DNA of 64,000 bases from Candidatus Culexmicrobium cathedralense (GCA_025061115.1 JANZKC010000001.1:384001-448000); one strand, 5' to 3'. Positions 39,891 through 50,268 are shown, counted from the first letter of the stretch. Made by a program: numbers and translations. The notes: generated by a model from the sequence alone, not told the origin.

Positions 39891-40241
39891 CTATAAACTA
39901 AATTCTCTACTTTTCTTTCCAGACGTTTTCGTGAACTTGTTTAACTGCTCAATTTTGCCAAATCGCCCGATGCTCAACCTAGGCTCGCCTCTAAATGACG
40001 TAACATAGCCATTTTTTATGCGAATAATATCCCCCTGCTTTACTAGTCCAACATTTTCTTCCCATAAAGTGAGAATTATAGTTCCAGTATCGTCCCCAAC
40101 AGTGAATTCAGCTAATTTTAATCTTCTGCCATCGCTCGTGCGAACCACTCTCGGCTCAAAGGCTTTAAGCACTTTTACTTCAACGTTTACTCGACTCATT
40201 CCAGGCCTCAAATCCTTAACGTTCACCACGGATCTACACAC
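39891..40241 (-). CDS. ssb: Single-stranded DNA-binding protein, single OB fold
   Basis: VKDLRPG..VN..VKV, VGDDTGTIILTLW, IKNGYVTSFRGEPRLSIGRFG. Confidence 0.88.
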   Translation of the reverse strand: MCRSVVNVKDLRPGMSRVNVEVKVLKAFEPRVVRTSDGRRLKLAEFTVGDDTGTIILTLWEENVGLVKQGDIIRIKNGYVTSFRGEPRLSIGRFGKIEQLNKFTKTSGKKSREFSL

Positions 40242-40486
40242 CTTATATTACTAGCAAGTTGCGAAGTAGAACTCCGCAACTTTCAGTGGCTTGACTATTA
40301 GAATTCAATTATTTAAGCGTTTTGCACCTAAGAAATTCAAAAATAAACTTAGCGAAAAATTTATATAATACTTTTTAAGGATGTTGTTATCTGCCGAATG
40401 AAGTATAAATTGCCAGGTATGTGAAATATGCTTAATTTCCCTGACGGCTTCTCATGCTTAAATTAAATAATGGGAGGTGAATAAGC

Positions 40487-41452
40487 ATGATTGCGGATGC
40501 AAGTGGAGTTGAAGTTAAGAAAGATATCAAGCTAGCTTCTGCAATAATTGATAAATGCCCTGAATGTGGAAGTACTCGTCTTCTTCGCAATTATGAGCGC
40601 GGCGAGGTTGTTTGCGCAGATTGTGGTTTAGTTATAACTGAGAAAATTATTGATATGGGTCCTGAATGGAGAGCATTCACTCCAGAAGAGAAGCAGAAGA
40701 GAAGCAGAGTCGGCTCGCCGATAACCATGACCGTTCACGACAAGGGCTTGTCAACCGTCATAGACTGGAGAGATAAGGATGCGCTAGGCAAAAAGCTTGA
40801 GCCCAAGAGAAGAATTGAAGTTATCAGGTGGAGGAAGTGGCAAATTAGAACTAGAGTTCACAGCTCAATAGATAGGAATTTAGCTCAGGCAATGAGCGAA
40901 CTTGACAGAATAAGTTCTCAGCTTGGACTTCCAAAGAGTATCAAGGAAGATGCAGCTGTAATTTATAGGAAAGCCGTTGAGAAAGGTCTTGTTAGAGGCA
41001 GAAGCATTGAAGCAGTAATGGCCGCATCAATATATGCTGCATGCAGAACGCAGAAGATTCCTAGAACGCTAGATGAAATATCTAAGTTTACGAGGTCGGG
41101 TAGAAAGGATGTAGCTAGGTGCTACAGGCTGCTTCTAAGAGAAATTGATGTTAGAGTTCCATTGGCAGATCCGGAGGCATTCATTCCTAGAATTGCAAGT
41201 GACTTGAGGTTGAGCGGCACAGTTCAGAGAAGAGCAGCTGAAATTATTAGAAGAGCCAAGCTCATGGGAATTACAGCCGGCAAGGACCCATCCGGCCTAG
41301 CTGCAGCAGCCATTTATATTGCTTCGCTACTTGAGAATGAGAGGAGAACTCAAAAAGAGATAGCTCATGCAGCCAGAGTCACTGAAGTTACCGTAAGAAA
41401 CAGGTATAAGGAGCTAGTGAAAAAGCTTAAGATCGAGCTTCCCCCTCAGTAG
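40487..41452 (+). CDS. tfb: Transcription initiation factor IIB
   Basis: CPECGS..CADCG Zn ribbon, GPEWRAF, two cyclin repeats, TEVTVRNRY. Confidence 0.97.
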   Translation: MIADASGVEVKKDIKLASAIIDKCPECGSTRLLRNYERGEVVCADCGLVITEKIIDMGPEWRAFTPEEKQKRSRVGSPITMTVHDKGLSTVIDWRDKDALGKKLEPKRRIEVIRWRKWQIRTRVHSSIDRNLAQAMSELDRISSQLGLPKSIKEDAAVIYRKAVEKGLVRGRSIEAVMAASIYAACRTQKIPRTLDEISKFTRSGRKDVARCYRLLLREIDVRVPLADPEAFIPRIASDLRLSGTVQRRAAEIIRRAKLMGITAGKDPSGLAAAAIYIASLLENERRTQKEIAHAARVTEVTVRNRYKELVKKLKIELPPQ

Positions 41453-42482
41453 CACTTTTCTTTTTAATTCTCGCCAATTTCTTCGCTATCTTTAAGTCCT
41501 TTAAAGTTAGAGGCTTAACTTTCAGGTATCCAGCATCAACAGCAGCTTTCAACAGCTCTTCGCCAACTGCAGTTCTAACTATAATTGTAGACCAGCCGCT
41601 TGGGGAGTCTACTCCACCAACAGATAAGTCAGCAAGCTCGGCTGTAAAGTCGCTGCACCTCTCGCAGCCGCTCCTCGCATACTTCTTTACCTCCTTCACT
41701 GGAACATCAACAAGGACTTTGTCGCCAGCTTTAACAATGAAGCGCCCACCAGCTATTTCAAACTTCGTAACGCTAGCTAGATCGACGTTCATGCTCGCAA
41801 GAAACTCCTTTACAAGCTTGCTATAATAGAAGCTTTCAGAGCAGAACAACCCAATTAGAAATTTAACTCTAGTTCCAAACTTCGTATACCCGTAGTCTGA
41901 ATACTGCATTTTCCTCACAGCCCTAATTTGGCAGCCCACACCTACAACACCTATCTTATCAGCGCCATACTCCTCAACAGCTGAAGCAAGAGCAATCAAG
42001 GATGGGCTAGACGTATACTTTGACCCTGCAGCCTTCAGTAGATCTTCCTTGCTGAAAGCCACCATGGGCTTAGGCTTCCAAGGCTCATCCTCGCTAATGC
42101 CAGTCACAACAGCACAGTCTATTAAGCCCTTATCAATCGCATAATTCAATATCGCAGTTACTGCACCACCATCTTGAGCAACCTTTACAACATCTTCATC
42201 AACAGCCCTAGCAGCATAAACCGACTTAACAAACCCCAAAACATCACTTGGCACTTCATTGAAAAGTGCTTTTTCAACGACGCTCCAATCAAATGGAGTT
42301 TTAGGACATTGATTATAACAGTATCCGCATGCAACGCATCTACCAATCAATGACGGCGCTTCATCTTTAACACCAATAGCTACCACTGGACATGAAGCTA
42401 TACAAGCACCGCAAAAAGTGCAAATTCCGGGCCTTATAACCTCACCTATCAGATGACCGAAAATCTTAGCCCTCACTCTCAA
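41427..42482 (-). CDS. FrhB/FdhB family F420-binding subunit with N-terminal 2x[4Fe-4S] ferredoxin
   Basis: Two CxxCxxCxxxCP motifs, [27 protein letters not shown]. Confidence 0.88.
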   Translation of the reverse strand: MRVRAKIFGHLIGEVIRPGICTFCGACIASCPVVAIGVKDEAPSLIGRCVACGYCYNQCPKTPFDWSVVEKALFNEVPSDVLGFVKSVYAARAVDEDVVKVAQDGGAVTAILNYAIDKGLIDCAVVTGISEDEPWKPKPMVAFSKEDLLKAAGSKYTSSPSLIALASAVEEYGADKIGVVGVGCQIRAVRKMQYSDYGYTKFGTRVKFLIGLFCSESFYYSKLVKEFLASMNVDLASVTKFEIAGGRFIVKAGDKVLVDVPVKEVKKYARSGCERCSDFTAELADLSVGGVDSPSGWSTIIVRTAVGEELLKAAVDAGYLKVKPLTLKDLKIAKKLARIKKKSATEGEARS

Positions 42483-42613
42483 TTGAGATCACCGCGCAAT
42501 TCAGTTTCACTTCTAAATATTAATAAGAGTTACTACAAATTAATGAGGAAAGCTAATAAGTCTCTATATGCGAGTTTTATAGTACGTCGAGACATGCTCA
42601 TTGGAGGATTCCA

Positions 42614-44398
42614 ATGCAATTAGATTTCGAAACTAGAGCTGCAAGATACATAATGGAGTGGGGCGAGTGGATAGAGAAGCTCCAGCTTCTAGCATTACTT
42701 GGATTTAAATTTGAAAGAGCAAAAATTTACGTCGAGAAACTAATAAAGCTTCAAAATCAAGACGGAGGATTCCCAAGAAACTGGATTAAAGGCAGGGCAT
42801 CCAGCCTACTTGAAACAGCGACGGCACTCGAACTACTTGCAAAGATGAACTTTAGAGAGGAAGTGCTTGAAAAGGCAGCTAAATACCTAGTTGAAAAACA
42901 ACTTGCAAATGGAAGCTGGAGAGAGGAAAAAGAAGAGTATGGAGAAAGAAGAGCTGAGAAGCACAGAGTCACCCTCGAAACCGCTAGAATTTTAAGGGCA
43001 TTAGCATCCTTTGACGCTAAAAATGCAGGCATTGAGAAAGCAATCGCATACTTGGCATATGCCCAGAGGGAAGATGGATTATGGCTGACTTCACACTTAG
43101 ATGAAAGCGTAGACATGGAAGCTTCAAGCGAAGCTATTTTAGCGCTACTCGAAGTAGGCAGCGAAAAAGCAAAACAACTAGCCAGAATAGGAGTTGAAGC
43201 ACTATGGAGATGGTTCGTTGAAAAAGCCACTGAAGATTGGAGTGAAATGCCAAAAGAAGCACTAAGCATCGCTGAAGCACTTATAGAAGCGGGTCATGGT
43301 GAAGCCGAAGCTGTAAGAAGGATTTTAAAGGCATATGTTAAAGCTGAAAAGTGGCGATTTGGCGATAAAAGAAGCATCAGCACGAGCGAAGCAGTTAAAG
43401 CGCTAAAAGTACTGCTGTTAGCCAAGGCTATAGACGAGGAAAAAGTTAGACGAGAAGTTGAAAGGCTAATTTATGTGAGAGAGGAATTAAAGAGGAAAAT
43501 TGAAGCTAAGGAAGAAGAAACTAGAAACTACTTCCTAATCAGATTTGAGGAAATAGGTATTAGGCCGAGCGATAAACCAAGTAAGATACTTTTAGGAAGC
43601 TACTTATATGCAATGATGGATCAATTCTTCTGGACATCAGAAGCATTCGATCCACAGAAAGAGTATAGAGAAATAGTTGGGCTGATAGGCTCAGTTGACC
43701 AAATAGACAAATACATGGATTTTGAAAACGTGAAAAAAGCATTTTTCAAGAGCAGAGCCTTGAGAGGAATAGCTAGAAGGAGGAAATTGGAAGTAGCTAA
43801 AAGCATAAGCCTCTTCGCTAAGTTCATTAAGGAGTATGGGAATTTCAAGGACTTTAAGGAATTCGCTGAAAAGTTAAGGGCATATACGCTTTTCAAGGTT
43901 GCACCTCAAGTATCAGGATGGAATACAGCTTACAACTTAGGACTTCTCCTACGCTCATTCTCGAAAGCAGAAAACGATTTAGGCAAGCTAATCAAGTCCT
44001 TTGAACTATCATTAAAGTGCTTTCCAGCTGTAGGAGCCAAAATAGCACTACTATTCCCATTCTACGCGCTATGGGTATTCAGACTATGGCCGGAAGCAAG
44101 CACCTACATCAAATGCCCCATTGACTGGAACATCGTAAAGCCATATGGAAACCTGGGGCTAAGCTGCATGACCCTAAAAGAGCTAAGAAAAGACCCTAAA
44201 AGAGCTGCTGAAGCAATTCACAGACTTGCTGAAGAGCTCTTCCCAGAGGATCCTGCAAAAATTGTTTTTCTATGGATTGTTGGTCACGAATGGTGCACAA
44301 AGCCCTACAAGTGCTATGGAATTGCAGGAAGAAAATGCTGGATATTTGACTTATGCGCAAGGGGGCGAACAGGTGAGGGAAAGAAGAATATGGGATAA
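42614..44398 (+). CDS. Prenyltransferase/squalene-cyclase (QW) repeat domain fused to a divergent HhH-GPD/EndoIII-like domain with a 4-Cys cluster motif
   Basis: LIKLQNQDGGF, LVEKQLANGSW, LAYAQREDGLW; C-terminal LKCFPAVGAKIA (HhH), CPID, C-X5-C-X7-C-X5-C. Confidence 0.7.
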   Translation: MQLDFETRAARYIMEWGEWIEKLQLLALLGFKFERAKIYVEKLIKLQNQDGGFPRNWIKGRASSLLETATALELLAKMNFREEVLEKAAKYLVEKQLANGSWREEKEEYGERRAEKHRVTLETARILRALASFDAKNAGIEKAIAYLAYAQREDGLWLTSHLDESVDMEASSEAILALLEVGSEKAKQLARIGVEALWRWFVEKATEDWSEMPKEALSIAEALIEAGHGEAEAVRRILKAYVKAEKWRFGDKRSISTSEAVKALKVLLLAKAIDEEKVRREVERLIYVREELKRKIEAKEEETRNYFLIRFEEIGIRPSDKPSKILLGSYLYAMMDQFFWTSEAFDPQKEYREIVGLIGSVDQIDKYMDFENVKKAFFKSRALRGIARRRKLEVAKSISLFAKFIKEYGNFKDFKEFAEKLRAYTLFKVAPQVSGWNTAYNLGLLLRSFSKAENDLGKLIKSFELSLKCFPAVGAKIALLFPFYALWVFRLWPEASTYIKCPIDWNIVKPYGNLGLSCMTLKELRKDPKRAAEAIHRLAEELFPEDPAKIVFLWIVGHEWCTKPYKCYGIAGRKCWIFDLCARGRTGEGKKNMG

Positions 44399-45317
44399 CT
44401 ACTTAACAAAATTCACTGCAAGACTTGAAGGAGGAAGACTTGAAGAATTAAAGGAAATCATAAAATCTAAAGATAGAATTGTTGCAAAACACTTTTACAG
44501 AAGAATAAGTAAAGCAGGAGTTTCCAAGAGAAATTTCAAAAAAATAATTATGGACATATTCGCTTACAGCATTTTTGACACATATTATTGGAAATTAAGA
44601 TCCAAGGGCACAACCCCAACAATCGAGTTTAGGAGATTTAAGAGAGCAATAAGGAGCTTAAACGACTACTTGGATGAAGATTTAATGTACTACGCGTTAA
44701 TGGATGAGTGCAAAAGCATGAGCAAGCTGAGAAGAGGTGAACTGGAAAAAATAATTGCAACACTAAAGTACGCTGCTCAAGCATTTACAAGAATTCGCAA
44801 GAGAAGCTTAATTGAGGTAGCTGAAAAATTGAGGCTAAACACCATGTTCAACGTCTCCCGCAGCCTACCAGAAGCAATATTTCAGCGTAAAGCAAGGTTC
44901 TTCGGCCTCCTAGTATCAACACCGGTTGAAGATATAGTAACAGCCATTGAAGCTATAAGGCTCTCCTTAGCATGCCTGCCAAGAGGAGGACAGCACGCCG
45001 CCAACCTCTTCCTCTACATCACAAGCAAAGTAGCAAACATTTGGAAGCTTAAGATAAGCAGCCAACTCCACCCACCACTCGACAGCGGAACCTCAGAAGT
45101 CTGCTTAAGCCTAGGTTTAACGGATAAAAAGTTGGAGAACACCGAGTACCTATCACTGCACTACGAAGTTTTCCAAAAAATTGCTGAAACGCTGTTCCCA
45201 GAAGACCCACTAAAAATGATTGTACTTAGAGCTGTAGCTGAGCGCTGGTGCTATGGCAAAGAATGGAAGCTATGCGAGCAATGCTGGTTCAGCAAAGTAT
45301 GCCCTAGGGAATACTGA
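44373..45317 (+). CDS. Divergent HhH-GPD/EndoIII-like Fe-S protein, paralog of the C-terminal half of the upstream gene
   Basis: Probable GTG start at 44373; LACLPRGGQHAA, PPLD, LFPEDP, C-X7-C-X2-C-X5-C. Confidence 0.7.
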   Translation: MRERRIWDNYLTKFTARLEGGRLEELKEIIKSKDRIVAKHFYRRISKAGVSKRNFKKIIMDIFAYSIFDTYYWKLRSKGTTPTIEFRRFKRAIRSLNDYLDEDLMYYALMDECKSMSKLRRGELEKIIATLKYAAQAFTRIRKRSLIEVAEKLRLNTMFNVSRSLPEAIFQRKARFFGLLVSTPVEDIVTAIEAIRLSLACLPRGGQHAANLFLYITSKVANIWKLKISSQLHPPLDSGTSEVCLSLGLTDKKLENTEYLSLHYEVFQKIAETLFPEDPLKMIVLRAVAERWCYGKEWKLCEQCWFSKVCPREY

Positions 45318-46571
45318 TCATTCCCCGAATTTCTTGCCCCTCAAAGAGTAGTTTAGCATTATTGGCATTAAATTAACTCCCCTAATTCTTCCCAACCCAC
45401 CTTTCAATGAAGCTCTCTCACTAAACGATGAAACCTCGTCGGGAACTACCGTTGGAGCTAAAATTGCAACTGGAACGGGATCGCCAACATGATTCCTAAC
45501 GCTTATAGGAGATGCATGATCGGCGGTTATGGCAATGCAAATCGATTCAACATCAACTTCATCAAGAATTAATCCCACCATCTCATCAATTCTCTCGATC
45601 ATCCTAATTTTCTCATCAAGCAATCCATCATGGCTAGCGGCGTCCGTACCCTTAACGCTAATTAAAATAAAGTCATGGTCTTCCAAGGCTTTGATTGCAG
45701 CTCTAGCTTTAGCATGCAAATCGGAATTCAAGCCGCCAGTAGCACCAGGCACATCTATAATTTTAAATCCAAGCGCCTTGCAAACACCTTTTATCAGCGC
45801 AACTCCAGCAATGCATGCAGATTTAATGTTAAACTTCTCTTCGACCGACATGACCTTGGGGAGAGTCCCAGCACCTCTACATAAAACTATGTTTGCTGGT
45901 GGGAGGCCTCTACTCGTTCTGCGCTTGTTCGCAGGATGCCTCATCAATATCTCGTGCGACTTCATGGTGAATTCATTGAGCGCTTTAGCAGTCCTAATCG
46001 CTGAAGGATCATTAGTTAGTGGCTTAGCTTCCAAAACTCTTACTCCAGTTCTGCCGGGATCAGTGCTAGACACCATTCTCGACAGATTCTTGCCTCGAAA
46101 TACTAGAACTGCCCTATGCTCAATCGAATGCCTAAATAGCACTTTAACATCAGGAGTCGACGAAAGCACCAGCCCGCTTATGGCTTTAGCGAGCTCATCG
46201 CCTTCATGGATATATCTGCCGGCTCGCCTATCAATAACTACGAATTCATCATTAACAGTAGCGAAGTTACACCTAAATGCAACGTCATCTGCACTTAAAT
46301 TCAATCCTATTCCAAGAGCCTCAAAAGCACCTCTACCAGTATAATTATTGTAAGGGTCATATCCTAGAATCGCTAGATGAGCCGGAGCACTTCCAGGCGG
46401 CACACCTGGCTCCAATACATCCATTAAGCCAGTAATGCCTCGCCTAGCTATTTCATCCATGTTTGGGGTATTAGCAACTTCAAGTGGAGTTTTGAATGTC
46501 AGCTCCCTAACAGGCCTATCGGCCATGCCATCGCCTATTATTAGTATCATTTTAAGTGGCTCGACGGCCAT
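45318..46571 (-). CDS. apgM: 2,3-bisphosphoglycerate-independent phosphoglycerate mutase (archaeal)
   Basis: IGDGMADRP, PGSAPAHL, GRGAFEA, KGTDAASHDG, TADHASP. Confidence 0.93.
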   Translation of the reverse strand: MAVEPLKMILIIGDGMADRPVRELTFKTPLEVANTPNMDEIARRGITGLMDVLEPGVPPGSAPAHLAILGYDPYNNYTGRGAFEALGIGLNLSADDVAFRCNFATVNDEFVVIDRRAGRYIHEGDELAKAISGLVLSSTPDVKVLFRHSIEHRAVLVFRGKNLSRMVSSTDPGRTGVRVLEAKPLTNDPSAIRTAKALNEFTMKSHEILMRHPANKRRTSRGLPPANIVLCRGAGTLPKVMSVEEKFNIKSACIAGVALIKGVCKALGFKIIDVPGATGGLNSDLHAKARAAIKALEDHDFILISVKGTDAASHDGLLDEKIRMIERIDEMVGLILDEVDVESICIAITADHASPISVRNHVGDPVPVAILAPTVVPDEVSSFSERASLKGGLGRIRGVNLMPIMLNYSLRGKKFGE

Positions 46572-46575
46572 TCAC

Positions 46576-47895
46576 CTACCTCTTAAACCTGCTTAAGAAG
46601 TCCTTCAATATATCCTCAAGCGTAGGCTTGCCCACTTCCTTCAATTCAAACGTTACCTTTGCAACTGGCTTGTCAATCTTGATAAAGCGCCTTAAGTCTG
46701 TTGGGGTAGCCATCACAATACCATCGCAATCAGCTCTAGCAAGCGTTTCTTCAAGCTCTCTCAACTGCTCAGCACCATATCCCAAAGCTGGAACTGCAAG
46801 GCACCCTCTCTCCTCAACAACCTTCCTAATAGAGCCTACAGCACACGTTAATGGTGAAACTATTTCAGCTGCGCCAAACTTCTTCGCTGCAACATAGCCA
46901 GCTCCATAAGTTAAATCGCCATGAAGCAGCGTCGGCCCATCCTCAATGACCAGCACTCTCTTACCTCTAATTACTTCAGGATCATCCACGCTAATGGCGG
47001 ACTCAGCCTTAACTATCAACGCTTTAGGATTAATCTTCTTGATGTTCTCCACAACAGCCTCAACAGCTTCAGGGCTGGCTGAATCCACTTTGTTGATAAT
47101 TATAACATCAGCCATCCTAGCATTAACCTCTCCCGGAAAGTACTTTAACTCGTGGCCCGGCCTCATCGGGTCAGCAACCACTATCAGCAGGTCCGGCTTA
47201 TAAAATGGATAATCATTGTTACCTCCATCCCATAAAATCACATCTGCCTCCTTCTCAGCTTCCCTAAGTATTTTTTCATAATCCACTCCAGCATACACTA
47301 TTAAACCCATGTTTAAATGAGGCTCATACTCCTCCTTTTCCTCAATTGTACACTCATACTTCTCCAAATCTTCAATCTTCTCAAATCTCTGGCAAATCTG
47401 CTTCCTCAAATCTCCATAAGGCATTGGATGCCTAACAACTGCAACTTTATAATTCCAGCTTTTCAGAATCCTAGCTACTTTCCTGCTAACGGTGCTTTTG
47501 CCAGCACCAGTCCTAACCGCGCAAACAGCAATTACCGGCTTAGTTGACTCCAACATTGTATCTTTAGGTCCAAGAAGCTTGAAGCTAGCTCCACTGGCCA
47601 ATGCAATTGAAGCCCTATGCATTACATACTCATGCGAAACATCACTATAGGAGAAAACAACTTCATCAACGTTTAAGTCCCTAATTAGCTCAGGCAGCTT
47701 CTCCTCAGGGTATATTGGGATTCCATCGGGATACCTTGGCCCAGCAAGTTCAGGAGGATAAATCCTCTTTTCAATTCCAGGTATTTGAGCCGCCGTGAAA
47801 GCAACAACCTCATAATCTGGATTTTCTCGGAAGTAGACATTGAAGTTGTGGAAGTCTCTGCCCGCTGCCCCCATAATAATAACTCGACGCACCAT
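46576..47895 (-). CDS. COG2403 P-loop ligase (cDPG synthetase superfamily; arginine synthetase ArcE-like subgroup)
   Basis: GAAGRDFHNFN, AVRTGAGKS, RHPMPYG, WDGGNND, EDGPT; probable ATG at 47895. Confidence 0.8.
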   Translation of the reverse strand: MVRRVIIMGAAGRDFHNFNVYFRENPDYEVVAFTAAQIPGIEKRIYPPELAGPRYPDGIPIYPEEKLPELIRDLNVDEVVFSYSDVSHEYVMHRASIALASGASFKLLGPKDTMLESTKPVIAVCAVRTGAGKSTVSRKVARILKSWNYKVAVVRHPMPYGDLRKQICQRFEKIEDLEKYECTIEEKEEYEPHLNMGLIVYAGVDYEKILREAEKEADVILWDGGNNDYPFYKPDLLIVVADPMRPGHELKYFPGEVNARMADVIIINKVDSASPEAVEAVVENIKKINPKALIVKAESAISVDDPEVIRGKRVLVIEDGPTLLHGDLTYGAGYVAAKKFGAAEIVSPLTCAVGSIRKVVEERGCLAVPALGYGAEQLRELEETLARADCDGIVMATPTDLRRFIKIDKPVAKVTFELKEVGKPTLEDILKDFLSRFKR

Positions 47896-48113
47896 AACAT
47901 CACCGGTAGTCACATATGTGCAAGATAGATAAAAGGTTAGCCATCCAAATTCAAGAAACTCATTAAACGTCAAATAAAAGTAAAAGCTAAAATAAGTGCA
48001 AAACAGATTTCAATAACTTAAAAATTGAACTAACAACCATTCAAGTTGAGTTTTAATTTAGCAACATAACCTTACAAATGCAAATCATCTATAATGCATA
48101 CCAAACTAAGTCC

Positions 48114-48680
48114 TTACACCATAGATTTCTCCAGCCGAGACTTGAAATAACCAATGAAAATGAGGACAATCCCCAGGACTCCCGTCCAAATGGCAAAATT
48201 AAATCTACAGAAATCAAAGCTAACCTGCTTAGTAACAATAATGCCATAGAAAGGCGAAGTGCCGATATTGCGAACCACCAGCACGTAATAATTGGAAATG
48301 GGAATTGAAAAATCAAATTCAACAATCTTATTATAAGAATTTAAAAGGATAGTTCTATTAATTAATGGTTCAGCTTCTTCCACTCTAAGCCACTTCTCAA
48401 AATTAGCTGCATCAAATAGCATATAATTAATTATTGAACTCTCGTTCCCCATGTACTCAATGTTAATTTCGTAGTTGGCAGACTCCCAAAGCGAAATTTT
48501 ATTGTAAGTTTTATTTACATCAAGTGGAGCTCTATAAGGTGAAAAAGGATCATCCTTAACGCCAAAGCGTAATCTTCCAACAGGTAAGCCAAATACATTA
48601 GCATATCCAATTGACAGCATTATGAAGAAGGATGTTATCAGCATTAAACTTCCAACTCTCCTAAGCATCATTAAGCTCAC
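48114..48680 (-). CDS. Hypothetical membrane protein (N- and C-terminal TM)
   Basis: Two hydrophobic segments around a beta-rich domain; overlaps the permease gene. Confidence 0.6.
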   Translation of the reverse strand: MSLMMLRRVGSLMLITSFFIMLSIGYANVFGLPVGRLRFGVKDDPFSPYRAPLDVNKTYNKISLWESANYEINIEYMGNESSIINYMLFDAANFEKWLRVEEAEPLINRTILLNSYNKIVEFDFSIPISNYYVLVVRNIGTSPFYGIIVTKQVSFDFCRFNFAIWTGVLGIVLIFIGYFKSRLEKSMV

Positions 48681-49510
48681 CTTTCAAACTCAATAAACTT
48701 ACAGAAAGTCACAAATGACAGTGCCAAAGCCATTACAATTATGGTTATTGAGGAAGTTAAAATGAAGTTAATTGGCATGTCTACAAATGGCTTATCATAA
48801 TGAAATATTGTTGTCGCCAATAACTCCTTATTCACATTTAAGCGCAATATTATATCAAATAACAAGGTCGTCAAGCGACTTGGGAAGATGTAGTTAAGAG
48901 GAAAAGGTAAATAGCCGACCTCATCCATAAACCTAATAATAAGCCAAAAGAACACCGAAACCAAAGTTGAAGAAATCCAGCTTCTCCAAATTAATATTGA
49001 TATTAACAACGATATTGAACCGACAAATACAATGTTTATAAATGAACATGCTAAAATGCCGTACCAATTTATAACGGTGACTAATGCTGGAACTTCTAAA
49101 CATGTAATTAATATTATTGGAAATGTAAGAATTGAATAGCTGAAAATTAAAATTGCAAGAAACCTTCCTGCTAGAAAGTCGAATCGACTTAAAGGTTCAA
49201 CCAGCATCGTCTCAGCCTCACCACTACTTATGGCTCTTCCAATACTCATTGACACTATTAAAGGCACTAATAGACTTGAAAGCCCAAATTGATATTTCAA
49301 CGCAAGATCGCATTCTCGAACAACTAAACCGAAAATGCAAGGAAGTACTCCAAAACGCTTATACGCACCAAAAGTAGCTCCAAAAAATCCATCAAAATTT
49401 AATGGCAATATAATGAAAAAAGTAACAGAAATAACGATCTCCAGAAATGGAAAACTACATAGTTTTTTCAACTCTAAAATTAAGGATAAATACGTGTTCC
49501 TTAACCCCAT
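48677..49510 (-). CDS. ABC-2 type exporter permease
   Basis: Multi-TM; SG....MLVEPLSR..FL.GRF motif. Confidence 0.75.
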   Translation of the reverse strand: MGLRNTYLSLILELKKLCSFPFLEIVISVTFFIILPLNFDGFFGATFGAYKRFGVLPCIFGLVVRECDLALKYQFGLSSLLVPLIVSMSIGRAISSGEAETMLVEPLSRFDFLAGRFLAILIFSYSILTFPIILITCLEVPALVTVINWYGILACSFINIVFVGSISLLISILIWRSWISSTLVSVFFWLIIRFMDEVGYLPFPLNYIFPSRLTTLLFDIILRLNVNKELLATTIFHYDKPFVDMPINFILTSSITIIVMALALSFVTFCKFIEFER

Positions 49511-50268
49511 CGCGATCTCCTCGTCAAATGTAAGTAAAGGGCTTCAACTCTCCCATATGCATCAACTCCACCAATGCCATACTTCCCCATCAACTCATCA
49601 ATCCGACCATAATCCAGCACTTCCCCATTCTTCATTAAAACCACGTTATCACAAACCCTGTCCAACTCTGGCAAAATATGAGAGGAAATAATTATGCTGA
49701 CATTTCTTTCATGATATATACCTTTAATCATACTTAACATCTTTAATCTTCCTTCCACATCCATATTTGCTGTAGGCTCATCTAGGATGAGAAGCTCAGG
49801 CTCACCTATCAGTGCACAAGCAAGTGAAAATCTCCTCTGCATACCTGCAGATAAAGTACTTATGCGTCTATCTGCAAGGTCCTCTAACTCTACGAAAGTT
49901 AATACTCTCCTCACCTCATTTGCTGCATCACGAGCACTTAAACCCTTTAATCTAGCTACAAATAGCAAATAATCCTTACATGAAATTGAATTAGGATAAA
50001 CGGGCTTCTCAAGCATCACACCAATTTTTTCTCTAATCTTTCTAGATTCCTTCCAACAATCAAAGCCTAAGCAAAAAGCTTTACCAGATGTAGGTTTAAT
50101 TAATCCAAGAAGAATCCTTATAAGCGTAGTTTTGCCCGAACCATTAGGACCAATAAGACCAATAATTCCTCTCTTCAACCTAAAACTAACATTTCTCAAA
50201 GCAACTATATCTTTTCCAAACTCTTTACGCAAATTTTCAACAACCACAATTTCAGACATGATTATCAA
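49501..50268 (-). CDS. ABC exporter ATP-binding subunit
   Basis: GPNGSGKTT, LSAGMQRR, LILDEPT, SSH. Confidence 0.92.
   Translation of the reverse strand: MIIMSEIVVVENLRKEFGKDIVALRNVSFRLKRGIIGLIGPNGSGKTTLIRILLGLIKPTSGKAFCLGFDCWKESRKIREKIGVMLEKPVYPNSISCKDYLLFVARLKGLSARDAANEVRRVLTFVELEDLADRRISTLSAGMQRRFSLACALIGEPELLILDEPTANMDVEGRLKMLSMIKGIYHERNVSIIISSHILPELDRVCDNVVLMKNGEVLDYGRIDELMGKYGIGGVDAYGRVEALYLHLTRRSRWG

Noticed and set aside
44226-44372. N-terminal 49 aa of the 363-aa ORF
   Set aside because: It overlaps the conserved Cys-motif end of the upstream gene; GTG 44373 is the more plausible start.
45529-46344. 271-aa antisense ORF, and the many other antisense ORFs such as 17079-17699, 12622-13149 and 57144-57725
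   Set aside because: Ser/Leu-rich shadows of well-supported genes on the opposite strand, with no motifs.
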